Below, piece by piece: positions 29,372 to 38,825 of a stretch of DNA of 52,665 bases. The notes below the pieces were generated by a model that saw only the letters and a list, made by a program, of their open reading frames with translations, made no database searches and was not told where the DNA came from. The position numbers and the translations under genes were made by a program. The DNA is from an uncultured Chloroflexia bacterium (GTDB lineage: Bacteria; Chloroflexota; Anaerolineae; B4-G1; SLSP01), in NCBI GenBank assembly GCA_963751345.1, contig CAVVUS010000004.1, forward strand, positions 1 to 52,665. Direction: 5' to 3'. Positions within the stretch are counted from its first letter, which is position 1. Every line of letters starts with the position of its first letter.

Positions 29372-29508
29372 CGGGACGGGGGGGTGAAGATGAGGGACCC
29401 ACGGGTCGCAGATGTGAAGCGGCAGTGTCTATCCATGGTGGGTGGGATACGTTGGGCGCTGAGATCGACGCCCGGCAGGGATAGAGATCACCGATGGGGG
29501 GACACCCG

Positions 29509-30654
29509 ATGGGTGACGATGCTTCACTGACGAGTTGGTTGCTCGAGCACGGCGGTCCGGCAATCCGGTATCGCACGGCAAGGGAGTTGGTGGATGCGCC
29601 AACGGGGCCGGACCTCACGCAGTTGATCGCTGACTTGCTCGCCAGCCCGATGACGCAGCTGTGGCTGGATCGCGTGGGACAGCTGGATGAAGGCCTTTCC
29701 GGCTTCCATCATTCCCGGCCCCAGGCATTCGAGAACGCAGCTTCGAAGCTATGCGACCTAGGTCTGCAGGCGGGGATGGCGCCGCTCGACGCCAAGATGC
29801 GGTCCTATCGGCGTTGGCTGGAGGGCCAAGCTGAGGCGATCAACGATATCGCTGAGGTCAGCTACACAGGAGTTGACACTCGGGAGGCTACCCAGACGGC
29901 GCTGGATCAAGGGATCCGTTGGTTCGAGGCCATTCTGGTCGCTGCGCGCCTGGCGTGGCTGGGCTACCCCGACGGCGCCATCGGCGTCTGCCTGGCCCGG
30001 CGTCTCGAGACGCTCTACGCCCTGGCCCAGACCGGGAATCACGCCATCTACATCGACCAGGATACCTTCGGCGACTATCCCAACAACCCCTTCCGCAAGC
30101 GGCAGTTCGTCAACCCGCAGTTCAACGGCATTCTGCCCTCGATTCACGATATCTATGCCCTGGCGCACTACCCGCCGACACTGCTCGATGAGGTGACACA
30201 GCACAAGATCGACACAGTGGTCGCCTACATCCTGCACCCCGACTACCAGGCCCTGGAGGACGGCTACGGCGTGATGCGCGCTGGTCCTCGGCGCTACTTC
30301 TCGATGGGCTGGAGCGTTCACTTGCCGGGCTACGACAGCTTCGACTTCGACGATGGGCGAGCGGGGATGTTCGTCCAGCGCCTTGAACTGATGGCACACT
30401 TCCCGACGGTGCCCTCGCATCGCTGGTTCCGGGAGAGCGTGGCACACCTGGAAAGCTTCCGCCAGGACGACGGGACCTATCGCTTCCCGTCTCGCTACCT
30501 CAAAGAATCGTCAGGTGGTTACTGGGTCAGCGGGTACTATATGCGTCTCGAGGAGAACCGACGACGGCGCGAAGCACTCACGTTGGACTCCACGTTCAGG
30601 ATGTGCGAGATCAGGGATCTTGTGGCCGAGCGGCGGCGAACGGCGCCCGACTGA
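29509..30654 (+). CDS. Hypothetical protein (possible alpha/alpha-toroid, prenyltransferase-like fold)
   Basis: Long ORF with coding-like bias, WLLEHGGPAIRYRT at the start and a QDDGTY motif. The fold is inferred. Confidence 0.7.
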   Translation: MGDDASLTSWLLEHGGPAIRYRTARELVDAPTGPDLTQLIADLLASPMTQLWLDRVGQLDEGLSGFHHSRPQAFENAASKLCDLGLQAGMAPLDAKMRSYRRWLEGQAEAINDIAEVSYTGVDTREATQTALDQGIRWFEAILVAARLAWLGYPDGAIGVCLARRLETLYALAQTGNHAIYIDQDTFGDYPNNPFRKRQFVNPQFNGILPSIHDIYALAHYPPTLLDEVTQHKIDTVVAYILHPDYQALEDGYGVMRAGPRRYFSMGWSVHLPGYDSFDFDDGRAGMFVQRLELMAHFPTVPSHRWFRESVAHLESFRQDDGTYRFPSRYLKESSGGYWVSGYYMRLEENRRRREALTLDSTFRMCEIRDLVAERRRTAPD

Positions 30655-30667
30655 CTGTGTGGCTGGT

Positions 30668-30894
30668 TCCGCTATCAAGGACCGGTGATCTTTGTGAAGG
30701 ATATGAACCTCTCACGCAGCTTCTATGAGGGGCTCTTGGGCCAGGAAGTCAACATCGACAGCGAGCCAGAGATCATCCAACACAAACCGTGGCTATTACT
30801 CGAGTCGGTTCAGCTCTGCCGGATCCAGCAGAGCAAGGGCATATCAGGAGTCGCGCTGACGTCAGGGATGGTGCAAGAAGCGCTTCGAAGATAA
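30668..30894 (+). pseudogene. VOC/glyoxalase N-terminal relic
   Basis: FRYQGPVIFVKDMNLSRSFYEGLLGQEV resembles a glyoxalase N-terminus, then the similarity ends. No RBS. Confidence 0.5.
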
Positions 30895-30919
30895 GCGCAG
30901 TAGAAGGAGAAGCCCCACA

Positions 30920-31984
30920 ATGAAGTTTCGGCCAAGCTTGGAGCTATCCAGAATGTTGTACGAGGACGAGATCAAGCCCATCATGGATCTGGGCTTCCCG
31001 GACGTGCCTTACGCCGCAGCGTCCCTTGGCATGTGTTCCGAAATCCTGGGGCTGGACGACAAGGTTTCGATGGATCATATGTGGGGGCCCAGGGTGACAC
31101 TCTTCCTCTCAGAGGAGGATCAAGCCCGCTACGGCAAGGAGCTGGTGGAGGGCTTCAAACAGCGGTTCCCTAAGACCTTCAAGGGATTGAAGGCCACGTG
31201 GCACAAGCCCGGGGTCGACATCCAGGATACCTCCGAAGAGATGATGTACAGCGTCTGGACGACGACGGTCGATAACTTGCTACGCTTCTGTGGCGGTGTG
31301 GACGCTCTGCCGTTGCAGCCTACTGAGTGGCTGAGAGTCAGCGAGCAACACTTGCTCGAGGCCACGAATGGCGTCGTCTACCACGACGATACCGGTGAGC
31401 TCACAGAGGCGCGGGAGGCCCTCACCTACTACCCGGACGATGTCCTGCGCTTCCTGCTGATGGGCGATTGGAACAGTGTCGGTGGCGACTGGTTCCCCAT
31501 CGGTCGGATCGGTTCGAGGGGCGACCAGCTGGGCGTCCATACCCAGGCCGCCAGAATCGCCCGCCACATGATGCGCATCGCCTTCAGGGTCAGCCGTCAG
31601 TACTTCACCTACAAGAAGTGGTTCGGCATGCTTTTCAAGCGGCTGCCGGTCGCCGAAGAGCTGGAACCGATGCTGCTGAACCTGGTCCGCGAGGACGACT
31701 GGAGGCGGGTTGAGGAGCTGATCCGCGATGCTGCCTTGATTCTGCTGGACGCGCAGAATGCGCTGGATATCTCCCCCAAGATCACCTTGTCAGCGGCGCA
31801 GGTTGACGATGGACGCCACCATATCAACATCGACTTCTGGCGAATCGGTCAACGACTTGGCGAGGGGATCCCGGCCCAACTGAAGGCCATCGACAGAAAC
31901 CAGGTCTTCTGGCTGCACGAGCGGCAGCTCATCCTCTGGAACGAGGAGGTGGGCAAGTGGCCTATCTTCCTGCAAAAGGAGTAG
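30920..31984 (+). CDS. DUF4037-domain protein
   Basis: SEILGLDDKVSMDHMWGPR, EQHLLEATNGVVYHD..GEL, YYPDDV, YKKW. AAGGAG RBS. Confidence 0.8.
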   Translation: MKFRPSLELSRMLYEDEIKPIMDLGFPDVPYAAASLGMCSEILGLDDKVSMDHMWGPRVTLFLSEEDQARYGKELVEGFKQRFPKTFKGLKATWHKPGVDIQDTSEEMMYSVWTTTVDNLLRFCGGVDALPLQPTEWLRVSEQHLLEATNGVVYHDDTGELTEAREALTYYPDDVLRFLLMGDWNSVGGDWFPIGRIGSRGDQLGVHTQAARIARHMMRIAFRVSRQYFTYKKWFGMLFKRLPVAEELEPMLLNLVREDDWRRVEELIRDAALILLDAQNALDISPKITLSAAQVDDGRHHINIDFWRIGQRLGEGIPAQLKAIDRNQVFWLHERQLILWNEEVGKWPIFLQKE

Positions 31985-32035
31985 TCTGGTGGGGCGATCT
32001 GGATTCGCTCGCGAGCAATGAGGAGGCTGTGAGGC

Positions 32036-32383
32036 ATGAAGACTCGGCTAACGCACGTGAGAGCTAATGTCCGGAACTTGCTTCGTGCAATTGGCTGGTA
32101 TGCGGAGATGCTTGGCTTTGAGGTCGTGAGCACTTGGCCTCCGGAGGAGCCCAACTACGCCCACTTCGCCCTCCAGGAGGGCGCCACGTTTGCCATCATG
32201 GAGGCCGAACCGGTGCCTACCGGCGCCAGGTTCAACTTCGACGTCGAGGACGTGGACGCGCTTTGGGAGAGTCTCAAAGATAAGGTGGAGGTCATCGAGC
32301 CGCTGTTCGACACCCCCTATGGGACCAGGAAGTTCACCATCCTCGACCTGGACGGCAACGAACTCGGCTTCGTGAGAGGTTAG
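32036..32383 (+). CDS. VOC/glyoxalase family protein
   Basis: WYAEMLGF, FDVEDVD, DTPYGTRKF.ILDLDGNELGF. GAGGAGG RBS. Confidence 0.9.
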   Translation: MKTRLTHVRANVRNLLRAIGWYAEMLGFEVVSTWPPEEPNYAHFALQEGATFAIMEAEPVPTGARFNFDVEDVDALWESLKDKVEVIEPLFDTPYGTRKFTILDLDGNELGFVRG

Positions 32384-32492
32384 GCGAGTGTCCCGTGTGA
32401 CGCGACTCCCAGAGGCTCCCCACCTGGCGCAGAAGTCTCTGTGGTATCTACGGGCCCGATCCGCGCCCACAGTTCAATGGAGGAGCATCGTG

Positions 32493-32867
32493 ATGAGTGA
32501 GAGAATGATTGCCGTCTGTGGCCTTGACTGCAGTGGCTGTCCCCTGCTGAAGGCCTCGCTGGGTGATCTCAAGGCCGCCGAGCACCTGGCCGAATGGTGG
32601 CACGCCGCAGGGTGGCTGGACGACGACAAGGGGCCAGCGGACGTCGTTGCCGGCGGCCCGCACTGCCTGGGCTGCCGCGGCGACCGCGCCAAGCATTGGT
32701 CTGCGAAATGCTGGATCCTCCAGTGCGCCGTTGACGAGCGAGGGTTGGACTCGTGCCACGAGTGCGACGATTTCCCGTGCGAGCGGCTCGTGGAGTGGGC
32801 TGCCCTGAACGAGGGATACACCGAGGCCCTGAGCCGCCTCCGCACTATGTCGAGGGAAAGGTCGTGA
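32493..32867 (+). CDS. DUF3795-like Cys-rich protein
   Basis: CGLDCSGC, CLGC, CWILQC, CHECDDFPC. GGAGGAG RBS. Confidence 0.82.
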   Translation: MSERMIAVCGLDCSGCPLLKASLGDLKAAEHLAEWWHAAGWLDDDKGPADVVAGGPHCLGCRGDRAKHWSAKCWILQCAVDERGLDSCHECDDFPCERLVEWAALNEGYTEALSRLRTMSRERS

Positions 32868-33067
32868 GGGAACTTGCAGGTCTGCGCATCCGCCAACGCT
32901 CCGTCGAGCGTCTCGGCTGCATCCAGGGGTGTCTAGAGTATCTCGGGAGCGAGATCTCCTTCCCCTGGCTCTACGGGGGCGCAGGCCACGCCTTCATCAT
33001 CCGCCAGGCAGCCGAGGCAGATGCAGAAGGGCTGGCGCTGCTTCGCCGAATTGCCGAATCGCTGTAG
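32864..33067 (+). pseudogene. Internally deleted paralog of 36044..37018
   Basis: GCIQGCLEYLGSEISFPWLYGGAGHAF matches the paralog N-terminus and IRQAAEADAEGLALLRRIAESL matches its C-terminus, joined in frame. Confidence 0.75.
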
Positions 33068-33110
33068 GTACGACAACGTGGTCCGACGGGATATCCAGGA
33101 GAAGGGATTG

Positions 33111-33752
33111 ATGAGGGGTATAGGAACACGGCTATTCGACGAGGCCCGCGAACGAGCCCGAGCGCTCGGCGTGCAGAACGTGTTGGTCGCCACCAACACC
33201 GGCAGGTCGGTCGAGGTGGCGCAGGACATCATGGGCACAGAGTTCCACTTCTTTGCGGTGGGCAACCCATCGAGCTCGTATGCCCAGGGCCTGGTTTTGC
33301 ACTGCGGCATTAGCCACGAGGTCCAAGCTCGGCTGGAGACACGCGGCATCACTGTGATCACCCGTGAGACCTGTGCATTCCAGGACCTCCCCGGCAACTC
33401 CACCTTTCACAAGGCGAACCAAGCCTACGTGGAGCGGTTTGGGCGCATCTATGGACCGGAGGAAGTCGTGCCGGCCAACATCTGCAAGGTCATGACCCAT
33501 GTGCTCTCCGAATTCTTTGGCGATGGGCCAAGGGTGTGCATTGAGATTACCCTGATGGCCGCCGACTCGGGAGAGCTTCCGCTGTCTGAAGACTGTATGG
33601 CCATTGTCACGCCCCAAGGGTATGCACATACGGCCATGATCGTACATCCTGTGACCTCCGAACATCTCTTTGGGACACACTTTCGCGTGAAGGACCTGCT
33701 GCTGGTCCCAGGCGATGACGACATCTGGTTCAGCGATGGGCCGATACCCTAG
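33111..33752 (+). CDS. Pyruvate-kinase C-terminal-like alpha/beta domain protein
   Basis: ERARALGVQNVLVATNTGRS and FGDGPRVCIEITLMAADSG pattern of stand-alone PK_C-like proteins. Confidence 0.7.
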   Translation: MRGIGTRLFDEARERARALGVQNVLVATNTGRSVEVAQDIMGTEFHFFAVGNPSSSYAQGLVLHCGISHEVQARLETRGITVITRETCAFQDLPGNSTFHKANQAYVERFGRIYGPEEVVPANICKVMTHVLSEFFGDGPRVCIEITLMAADSGELPLSEDCMAIVTPQGYAHTAMIVHPVTSEHLFGTHFRVKDLLLVPGDDDIWFSDGPIP

Positions 33753-33764
33753 GTCGTCCAGGAG

Positions 33765-34235
33765 ATGGCTATGAGAATCAGCATCGTCGTGTACTCGCAC
33801 ACCGGTCACACGCTGAGTGTGGCGAGGGAACTGGAAAGGAGACTGGCCGCGGACGGGCACACGGTCGATCTGGAGATGCTGGAAACCATTCGGCCCCTGC
33901 GGATGGGCGATACCACAGCCGAACTGAGCTCATTCCCGACAGTTGACGACTACGATCTGGTCCTCTTTGCCTGTCCGGTTCGCGGAGGGACGCCGGCGCC
34001 GCCGATGCGCGTGTATCTCGAGCGGATGGCCAGCCTGGAGGACAAAGGTGTCATCTGTCTTGTGACCGGTGCGATGCCCTTCAATTGGGGCCGCAAGCAG
34101 GCTCTTGCCCAGATGCGCGAGCTCTGTGAGGCCAAGGGCGCGAGGGTATTGAATACGGACAGCGTCTGGTGGCCTGGTCCAAACCGTAAGCGCCGGATCT
34201 CTCAGGTCATCGAGCGTATACGCCATGACCTCTAG
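33765..34235 (+). CDS. Flavodoxin-family protein
   Basis: VYSHTGHT FMN loop and YDLVLFACPV. Confidence 0.85.
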   Translation: MAMRISIVVYSHTGHTLSVARELERRLAADGHTVDLEMLETIRPLRMGDTTAELSSFPTVDDYDLVLFACPVRGGTPAPPMRVYLERMASLEDKGVICLVTGAMPFNWGRKQALAQMRELCEAKGARVLNTDSVWWPGPNRKRRISQVIERIRHDL

Positions 34236-34249
34236 CGAAAGGACCGCAT

Positions 34250-34724
34250 ATGGCTCACGATGAGAGCGAGCGTCCCACGATCCCTTCCCGGGACCGTACG
34301 GAGATCAACGCACTGCTGGCCCGACTGCACGCCGCTCAGCAGATGACGACGCAGCGCATTCAGGCTGCGGCCGATTTCGAGGCGCTTGACCACGCCACGC
34401 CCGACGGCTTCACCGTCAACGACACACTGAGAATGTGGGTCTGGCACTTCTGGAGCCATCACCGCGACCTGGTCCGAGCCCGCGGGCCCACTGACCGATG
34501 ACGATCCCCACTTCCACGTCCCGCACTACATCCGTCAGGCGCACGAGGAGTTCGGCAAGTTCGTCGGGGAACTCGCCTGTCTCAGCGATGAATACCTCGA
34601 CGTCCAACTCCCGGAGGGCGGGCGCACGGTGCGCGAGATTGTCGAGCACGTGCTCGCCACGCTGGAAGGCTACATCCCGGAACAGGTCGAGCAATCGATT
34701 CCGCAGGACGAATCCGGAACGTGA
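34250..34724 (+). CDS. DinB/YfiT-like four-helix protein; frameshift near 34488
   Basis: TVNDTLRMWVWHFWSH, then in the shifted frame LSDEYLD..PEGGRTVREIVEHV to TGA34724. Confidence 0.65.
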
Positions 34725-34806
34725 GCACCCGCACCGGTCGGCCTATAGCAGGCGCTCCGCCCAAACCCATGGGAGGCATGAGCGAAGCGCGAGAGGAGAA
34801 ACGGCG

Positions 34807-35340
34807 ATGCTGACAATCGAGACCGAGAGACTTGTCATCCGCAACTTCCGACCCGACGACTGGCAGCAACTGCAGGCGCTGGCCATCGCCTACCAGGCCT
34901 CCGAGGCGGCCAAGTATGAGGACCCGTGGCCTACCACCGAGGCCGAGGTCAGGGGGATGGCGTCCTGGTTTGCAGGCGAAGACAGCTATCTTGCCGCGTG
35001 CCTCAAGGAATCGAGGACAATCATCGGACTGATCCACATTGGGCGCCGCAAGGTGGATGAAGGGCGCGTCCACAACCTCGGCTATGTCTTCCATCCTGCC
35101 CACTATGGTCAGGGGTATGCCACCGAAGGGTGTCGCGCCGCGATGGCCTATCTCTTCGAGACGCTATTGGCGGATAGCATCCTCACGGGCACACATCCGG
35201 ACAACGCCGCGTCCGTCAGGTTGCTGACTCGGCTTGGCCTGCGTGAGATTGGCCGAGGCGAGTACACCGTCTCGCGGGAAGAGTGGTTGGCGCAGAGGGA
35301 AACCTATGTAGGGGAGCCCGTTGGGATGCAAGATGGGTGA
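34807..35340 (+). CDS. RimJ/RimL-type GNAT N-acetyltransferase
   Basis: IETERLVIRNF, LGYVFHPAHYGQGYATE, DNAASVRLLTRLG. GAGGAG RBS. Confidence 0.9.
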   Translation: MLTIETERLVIRNFRPDDWQQLQALAIAYQASEAAKYEDPWPTTEAEVRGMASWFAGEDSYLAACLKESRTIIGLIHIGRRKVDEGRVHNLGYVFHPAHYGQGYATEGCRAAMAYLFETLLADSILTGTHPDNAASVRLLTRLGLREIGRGEYTVSREEWLAQRETYVGEPVGMQDG

Positions 35341-35543
35341 TGTCGTTGCTTCGCTGCTGGCGGGCTGAGGGCAAGCAGTACCACGTCGTAGAAGAACCCA
35401 CAAACGAGGGTTCGATGGCGGACTGGGGCTTTGTCTCGCGCAAGAAGGTGATGAACCACTTCGTGACCCTGGACGCGCTCTACGTTCTGCGGGAAGCCGG
35501 ACGGTTGTCTGCTACGTGCGACCAAGGCCGACTGTCGGAATAG
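35340..35543 (+). pseudogene. C-terminal gene relic
   Basis: ADWGFVSRKKVMNHFVTLDALYVLREAGRL reads like a conserved protein C-terminus with no N-terminal part. Confidence 0.4.
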
Positions 35544-35603
35544 GCTTGCTGGCTGTCACAACACGAACCGGAGATTCCCATACAGTGAACTAGGGAGGGA
35601 ACG

Positions 35604-35995
35604 ATGAGTGAAGCAACTCAAGAACACCTTCGGGTTGATACGCGACACCATCGCGGGCGTCGACTTCTACTTCAGGGACCTTGAGACGCCATTTTCGTGG
35701 GGCTACCGGTTCGGAAGATCGTATTGGGAGACGCCCAACGACGAGCAGCCATCGCAAGCCGACCTTCTCGCATACCTGGATGAACTGGAAGGGCGCGTTG
35801 CAGCGTGCTTCGGCGCGATGCAGGACGAGGAGCTGGACGAGATCTATGACGCGGCCGCAGAGACACCTATACAAGGCTTCGCACTACATCTACGCCTTGC
35901 GCCATACAGCTCACCACCAGGGGACGTTGGCGGCCCTGGCGGACATCCTGGGGGTGCAGTCCGCGGACTGGGATAAGTATGCGGACTATGACTAG
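35604..35995 (+). pseudogene. DinB-like protein, frameshifted or partly deleted
   Basis: GGAGGG RBS and ATG35604; LLAYLDELEGRV..MQDEEL in one frame, then YALRHTAHHQG in another. Confidence 0.6.
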
Positions 35996-36043
35996 CTTTC
36001 GGGCAGCAGATACGGGCAAGCCGGAGTCAGGAGGAGGACAGGG

Positions 36044-37018
36044 ATGAAAGTGCTGAAGGGCCTTCAATGGCACCTACGCTATAACGAGCATATGGGGTGC
36101 ACGAAGGGCTGCCTGGACTACCTGGGCATCGACATCTCCTTCCCCTGGCTCTACGGGGGGACCGGCAGCGCGTTCGTGCTCAATATGAACGACACGGCCT
36201 TCGTCGATGCTGCGCAGGCATGGGACACGTCGATGCTCTTTGACCTGGCACCAAACCTCGGCTACACCGTCGAGCGGTTCGAGGTCCCGCATGAGGTCGC
36301 TGTCGAGATGCCCGACGATGTCTTCCGCCGGAAGCAACGGGAGGCTTTCGATCTGGTTCGCGCCAGGATTGATGAGGGCTTGCCTTGCTACGCGTGGGAA
36401 CTCACGTTTATCCCCGCTTACTACGTCATCACCGGCTATGATGAGACCGGGTACACCTACTCCGGCTGGGACTCCAGCACGAGAGGCACATGCCCTTGGG
36501 AGAAGTTGGGTACCTTCGACGTCAAGCAGCTTACCGTCAACTGCGTACACCCGGCGGAAAGCGCTCCGGACGCCAGGACAGTCAAGGATGCACTAAGAGC
36601 CGTGTTGAGCCGCATCGAACGGGCCGACGGGTGGGCAATCGGCGCCCGGTACCGTACCGGCTTGCCCGCATATGACATGTGGGCGGAGGCGCTGGAGACG
36701 GGACGCGCCAATCTCGACGGCGAGGCTTACCTCAATGTCGTCTGGCGGGAAGCCCGGGAAATGGCGGTGGCGTTCCTCCAAGAGGCCAAGGCACGCCTGC
36801 CCGGGATCGCCGACGTGGCGTTCGACGACGCTATTGGGCACTATGCGGTCGTGTATGACAAGCTGCGCACCCTCTCCGATATGCATCCCGAGCGACCCGA
36901 GACGTGGGACTGGGTGACGACCTTCGCGAGCCCCGAGGGCGCGGCCCTGGTTCGCGAAGCGTCGGCAGCCGAGCGTCAGGGCATCGCTTGCTTGCACCGC
37001 ATCGCAGAGGTGCTTTAG
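36044..37018 (+). CDS. Hypothetical protein (possible BtrH-N/papain-like fold)
   Basis: GGAGGAGG RBS, WLYGGTGSAF and YYVITGYDE motifs. The fold call is tentative. Confidence 0.75.
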   Translation: MKVLKGLQWHLRYNEHMGCTKGCLDYLGIDISFPWLYGGTGSAFVLNMNDTAFVDAAQAWDTSMLFDLAPNLGYTVERFEVPHEVAVEMPDDVFRRKQREAFDLVRARIDEGLPCYAWELTFIPAYYVITGYDETGYTYSGWDSSTRGTCPWEKLGTFDVKQLTVNCVHPAESAPDARTVKDALRAVLSRIERADGWAIGARYRTGLPAYDMWAEALETGRANLDGEAYLNVVWREAREMAVAFLQEAKARLPGIADVAFDDAIGHYAVVYDKLRTLSDMHPERPETWDWVTTFASPEGAALVREASAAERQGIACLHRIAEVL

Positions 37019-37071
37019 CGCACGCGGGGAGGCGAATTTGATCATCCACAAAAAGATACCCACATAGTTAA

Positions 37072-37100
37072 TTGACACCGCCCAATTGAGGTGCTATTCT
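37072..37100 (+). promoter_or_regulatory. Sigma70-type promoter of the ECF operon
   Basis: TTGACA-17-TATTCT with a TG extended -10. Confidence 0.75.
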
Positions 37101-37233
37101 CTAGGTGCTCCGAGAATCCTATGGCGATCGGCCACACCTGTAACCTTTCGGATGAAAGGAGGTGCATGATCGAGAATGCGGTGTAGGTTAGCTGAACCAA
37201 ACTGCGTTAATTATCTCAATCATGGAGGATGAC

Positions 37234-37863
37234 GTGACTACAGCATCTGGATCCGAACTGACCGCGAAGGAGATCTGGACCGTTCAGGAGGGCGAAAAGC
37301 GCTCCGTGGGCGTGATTCACATCGTGATCCTCGCCCTCCTCATCGGCATCGGTTTCGTCGTTGGCGCCTTTGGCAGCATCAGCTTTCCATTGGGATTCGG
37401 CGTTAATTTCTTCTGGACCGGCATCGCGGTTCAGCAGGTTGGCCCGATCTGGTTCGGCGCGTGGGGCGTGATAGCGGGCACGATCTTTCCATTCTTCTCC
37501 AATGCTATTGCCGGCACGCCTTTCTACGTATCTCTTGCCTATATTCCCGCCAACGCTGTGCAGGCGTTCCTGCCGGCCTGGGTCTTCCGGCGCTTCAAGC
37601 TGGACCCGCGACTGAAGTCCACGCGTGACTGGCTATGGCTACTAGCCGCCATGGTGGTCTCGAGCGCTTTTGGGGCCCTATGGTCGCCTCTGGTTGTACT
37701 TAGGGGCTTTGGCCTGTTGACCACGGATTCGGTACCTCTATTCATCTGGGGGTGGTTCGGCGGCAATGTCGTGGCAGGCATCGTATTCAACTTCATCCTG
37801 TTGAAGGTGTTGTCGCCCGTTGTCATCCGCACGACGGCCTTCGTGAAGAAGTGGTGGGCGTAG
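37234..37863 (+). CDS. Putative ECF transporter S component (MASE1-like membrane protein)
   Basis: About six TM helices, IWFGAWG..AG motif, first gene before ecfT and two ecfA genes. GGAGG RBS before GTG37234. Confidence 0.7.
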   Translation: MTTASGSELTAKEIWTVQEGEKRSVGVIHIVILALLIGIGFVVGAFGSISFPLGFGVNFFWTGIAVQQVGPIWFGAWGVIAGTIFPFFSNAIAGTPFYVSLAYIPANAVQAFLPAWVFRRFKLDPRLKSTRDWLWLLAAMVVSSAFGALWSPLVVLRGFGLLTTDSVPLFIWGWFGGNVVAGIVFNFILLKVLSPVVIRTTAFVKKWWA

Positions 37864-37952
37864 CCCCACGCCGGTGATCGACCACCGTCTGCTATAAGCA
37901 ACGGCTCCGTGAGGGAAGACTGCCCTCACGGAGCCCGCTTCGAGGAAGCTCT

Positions 37953-38813
37953 ATGCATAAGACACTCCTGGGCTACATCCCCGATGAGTCTCCCATATAT
38001 GCTATCCATCCATTCGTCAAGCTCTTCTTCCTGCTGGTCGTCAGCCTGTTCCCTATGTTCGTCTCTGCCCCGGAGTGGAATGCGGCGCTGATGGCCGTCA
38101 TCGTGGTGCTGATGTGGATTGCGCGCGTCGACATGAGCACACTAAAGATCTACGTCCCGGTGGCTGTGTCTATGGGCTCCATCATCCTGATCTCCTATAC
38201 GGTGTTGGGGGGCACCCATCCGGAGTTCCAGTTGATCACTCGAATCTGGAAAGTAAATATCTACTGGGAGCGCATTCGGGACGCCATCGTCGTCTACTTC
38301 CGCATCCTGCCTATGATCTTCACGATGGTTTTCTTCCTTAGCACGTCTCGCGAGCGAGACATCATCGTCGCGATGCGCAGCATCAAGATCCCCTTCGTCG
38401 TGACCTACGTTTTCGCTATGGCGTTGAGGGCCGCCGGCATGGTACTGGAGGACTTCCAGATTGTTCGACAAGCGGAACAAGCGCGCGGGTACGACCCAGC
38501 CGGAAAGTCACTGCCCTATAAGATGCGCCAGTACGTGATGTACATGATTCCGCTTTTCGCGCTGTCTCTCAGGCGTTCTGAGGAGTTCACCAATGCCCTG
38601 GTTGCCCGCGGTTACGCCTTTACCGGCGAAGCCAGTAAAGTGAAACGGGCCGACTACATTCTCACCCATTACTCATTCAAGTGGTTTGATTACGCGTTCA
38701 CAGCCATCATAACCGTCTCATTCATCATGTTGTTGGTGATGCGCTACGGCTTCAATGCCTTCAGCGTTGAGCAATCGTGGTTCATCGCCTGGCTCAAGAG
38801 CGTTGTCACCTAG
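37953..38813 (+). CDS. ecfT: ECF transporter T component
   Basis: YIPDESPIYAIHPFVKL, and two Ala-Arg-Gly motifs (QARG, VARG). Confidence 0.9.
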   Translation: MHKTLLGYIPDESPIYAIHPFVKLFFLLVVSLFPMFVSAPEWNAALMAVIVVLMWIARVDMSTLKIYVPVAVSMGSIILISYTVLGGTHPEFQLITRIWKVNIYWERIRDAIVVYFRILPMIFTMVFFLSTSRERDIIVAMRSIKIPFVVTYVFAMALRAAGMVLEDFQIVRQAEQARGYDPAGKSLPYKMRQYVMYMIPLFALSLRRSEEFTNALVARGYAFTGEASKVKRADYILTHYSFKWFDYAFTAIITVSFIMLLVMRYGFNAFSVEQSWFIAWLKSVVT

Positions 38814-38825
38814 CCGGAGAAGACC

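Noticed and set aside
34498-34806. N-terminal 103 aa of ORF 34498..35340
   Set aside because: It is an off-frame reading of the DinB-like gene. The GNAT begins at ATG34807 after GAGGAG.
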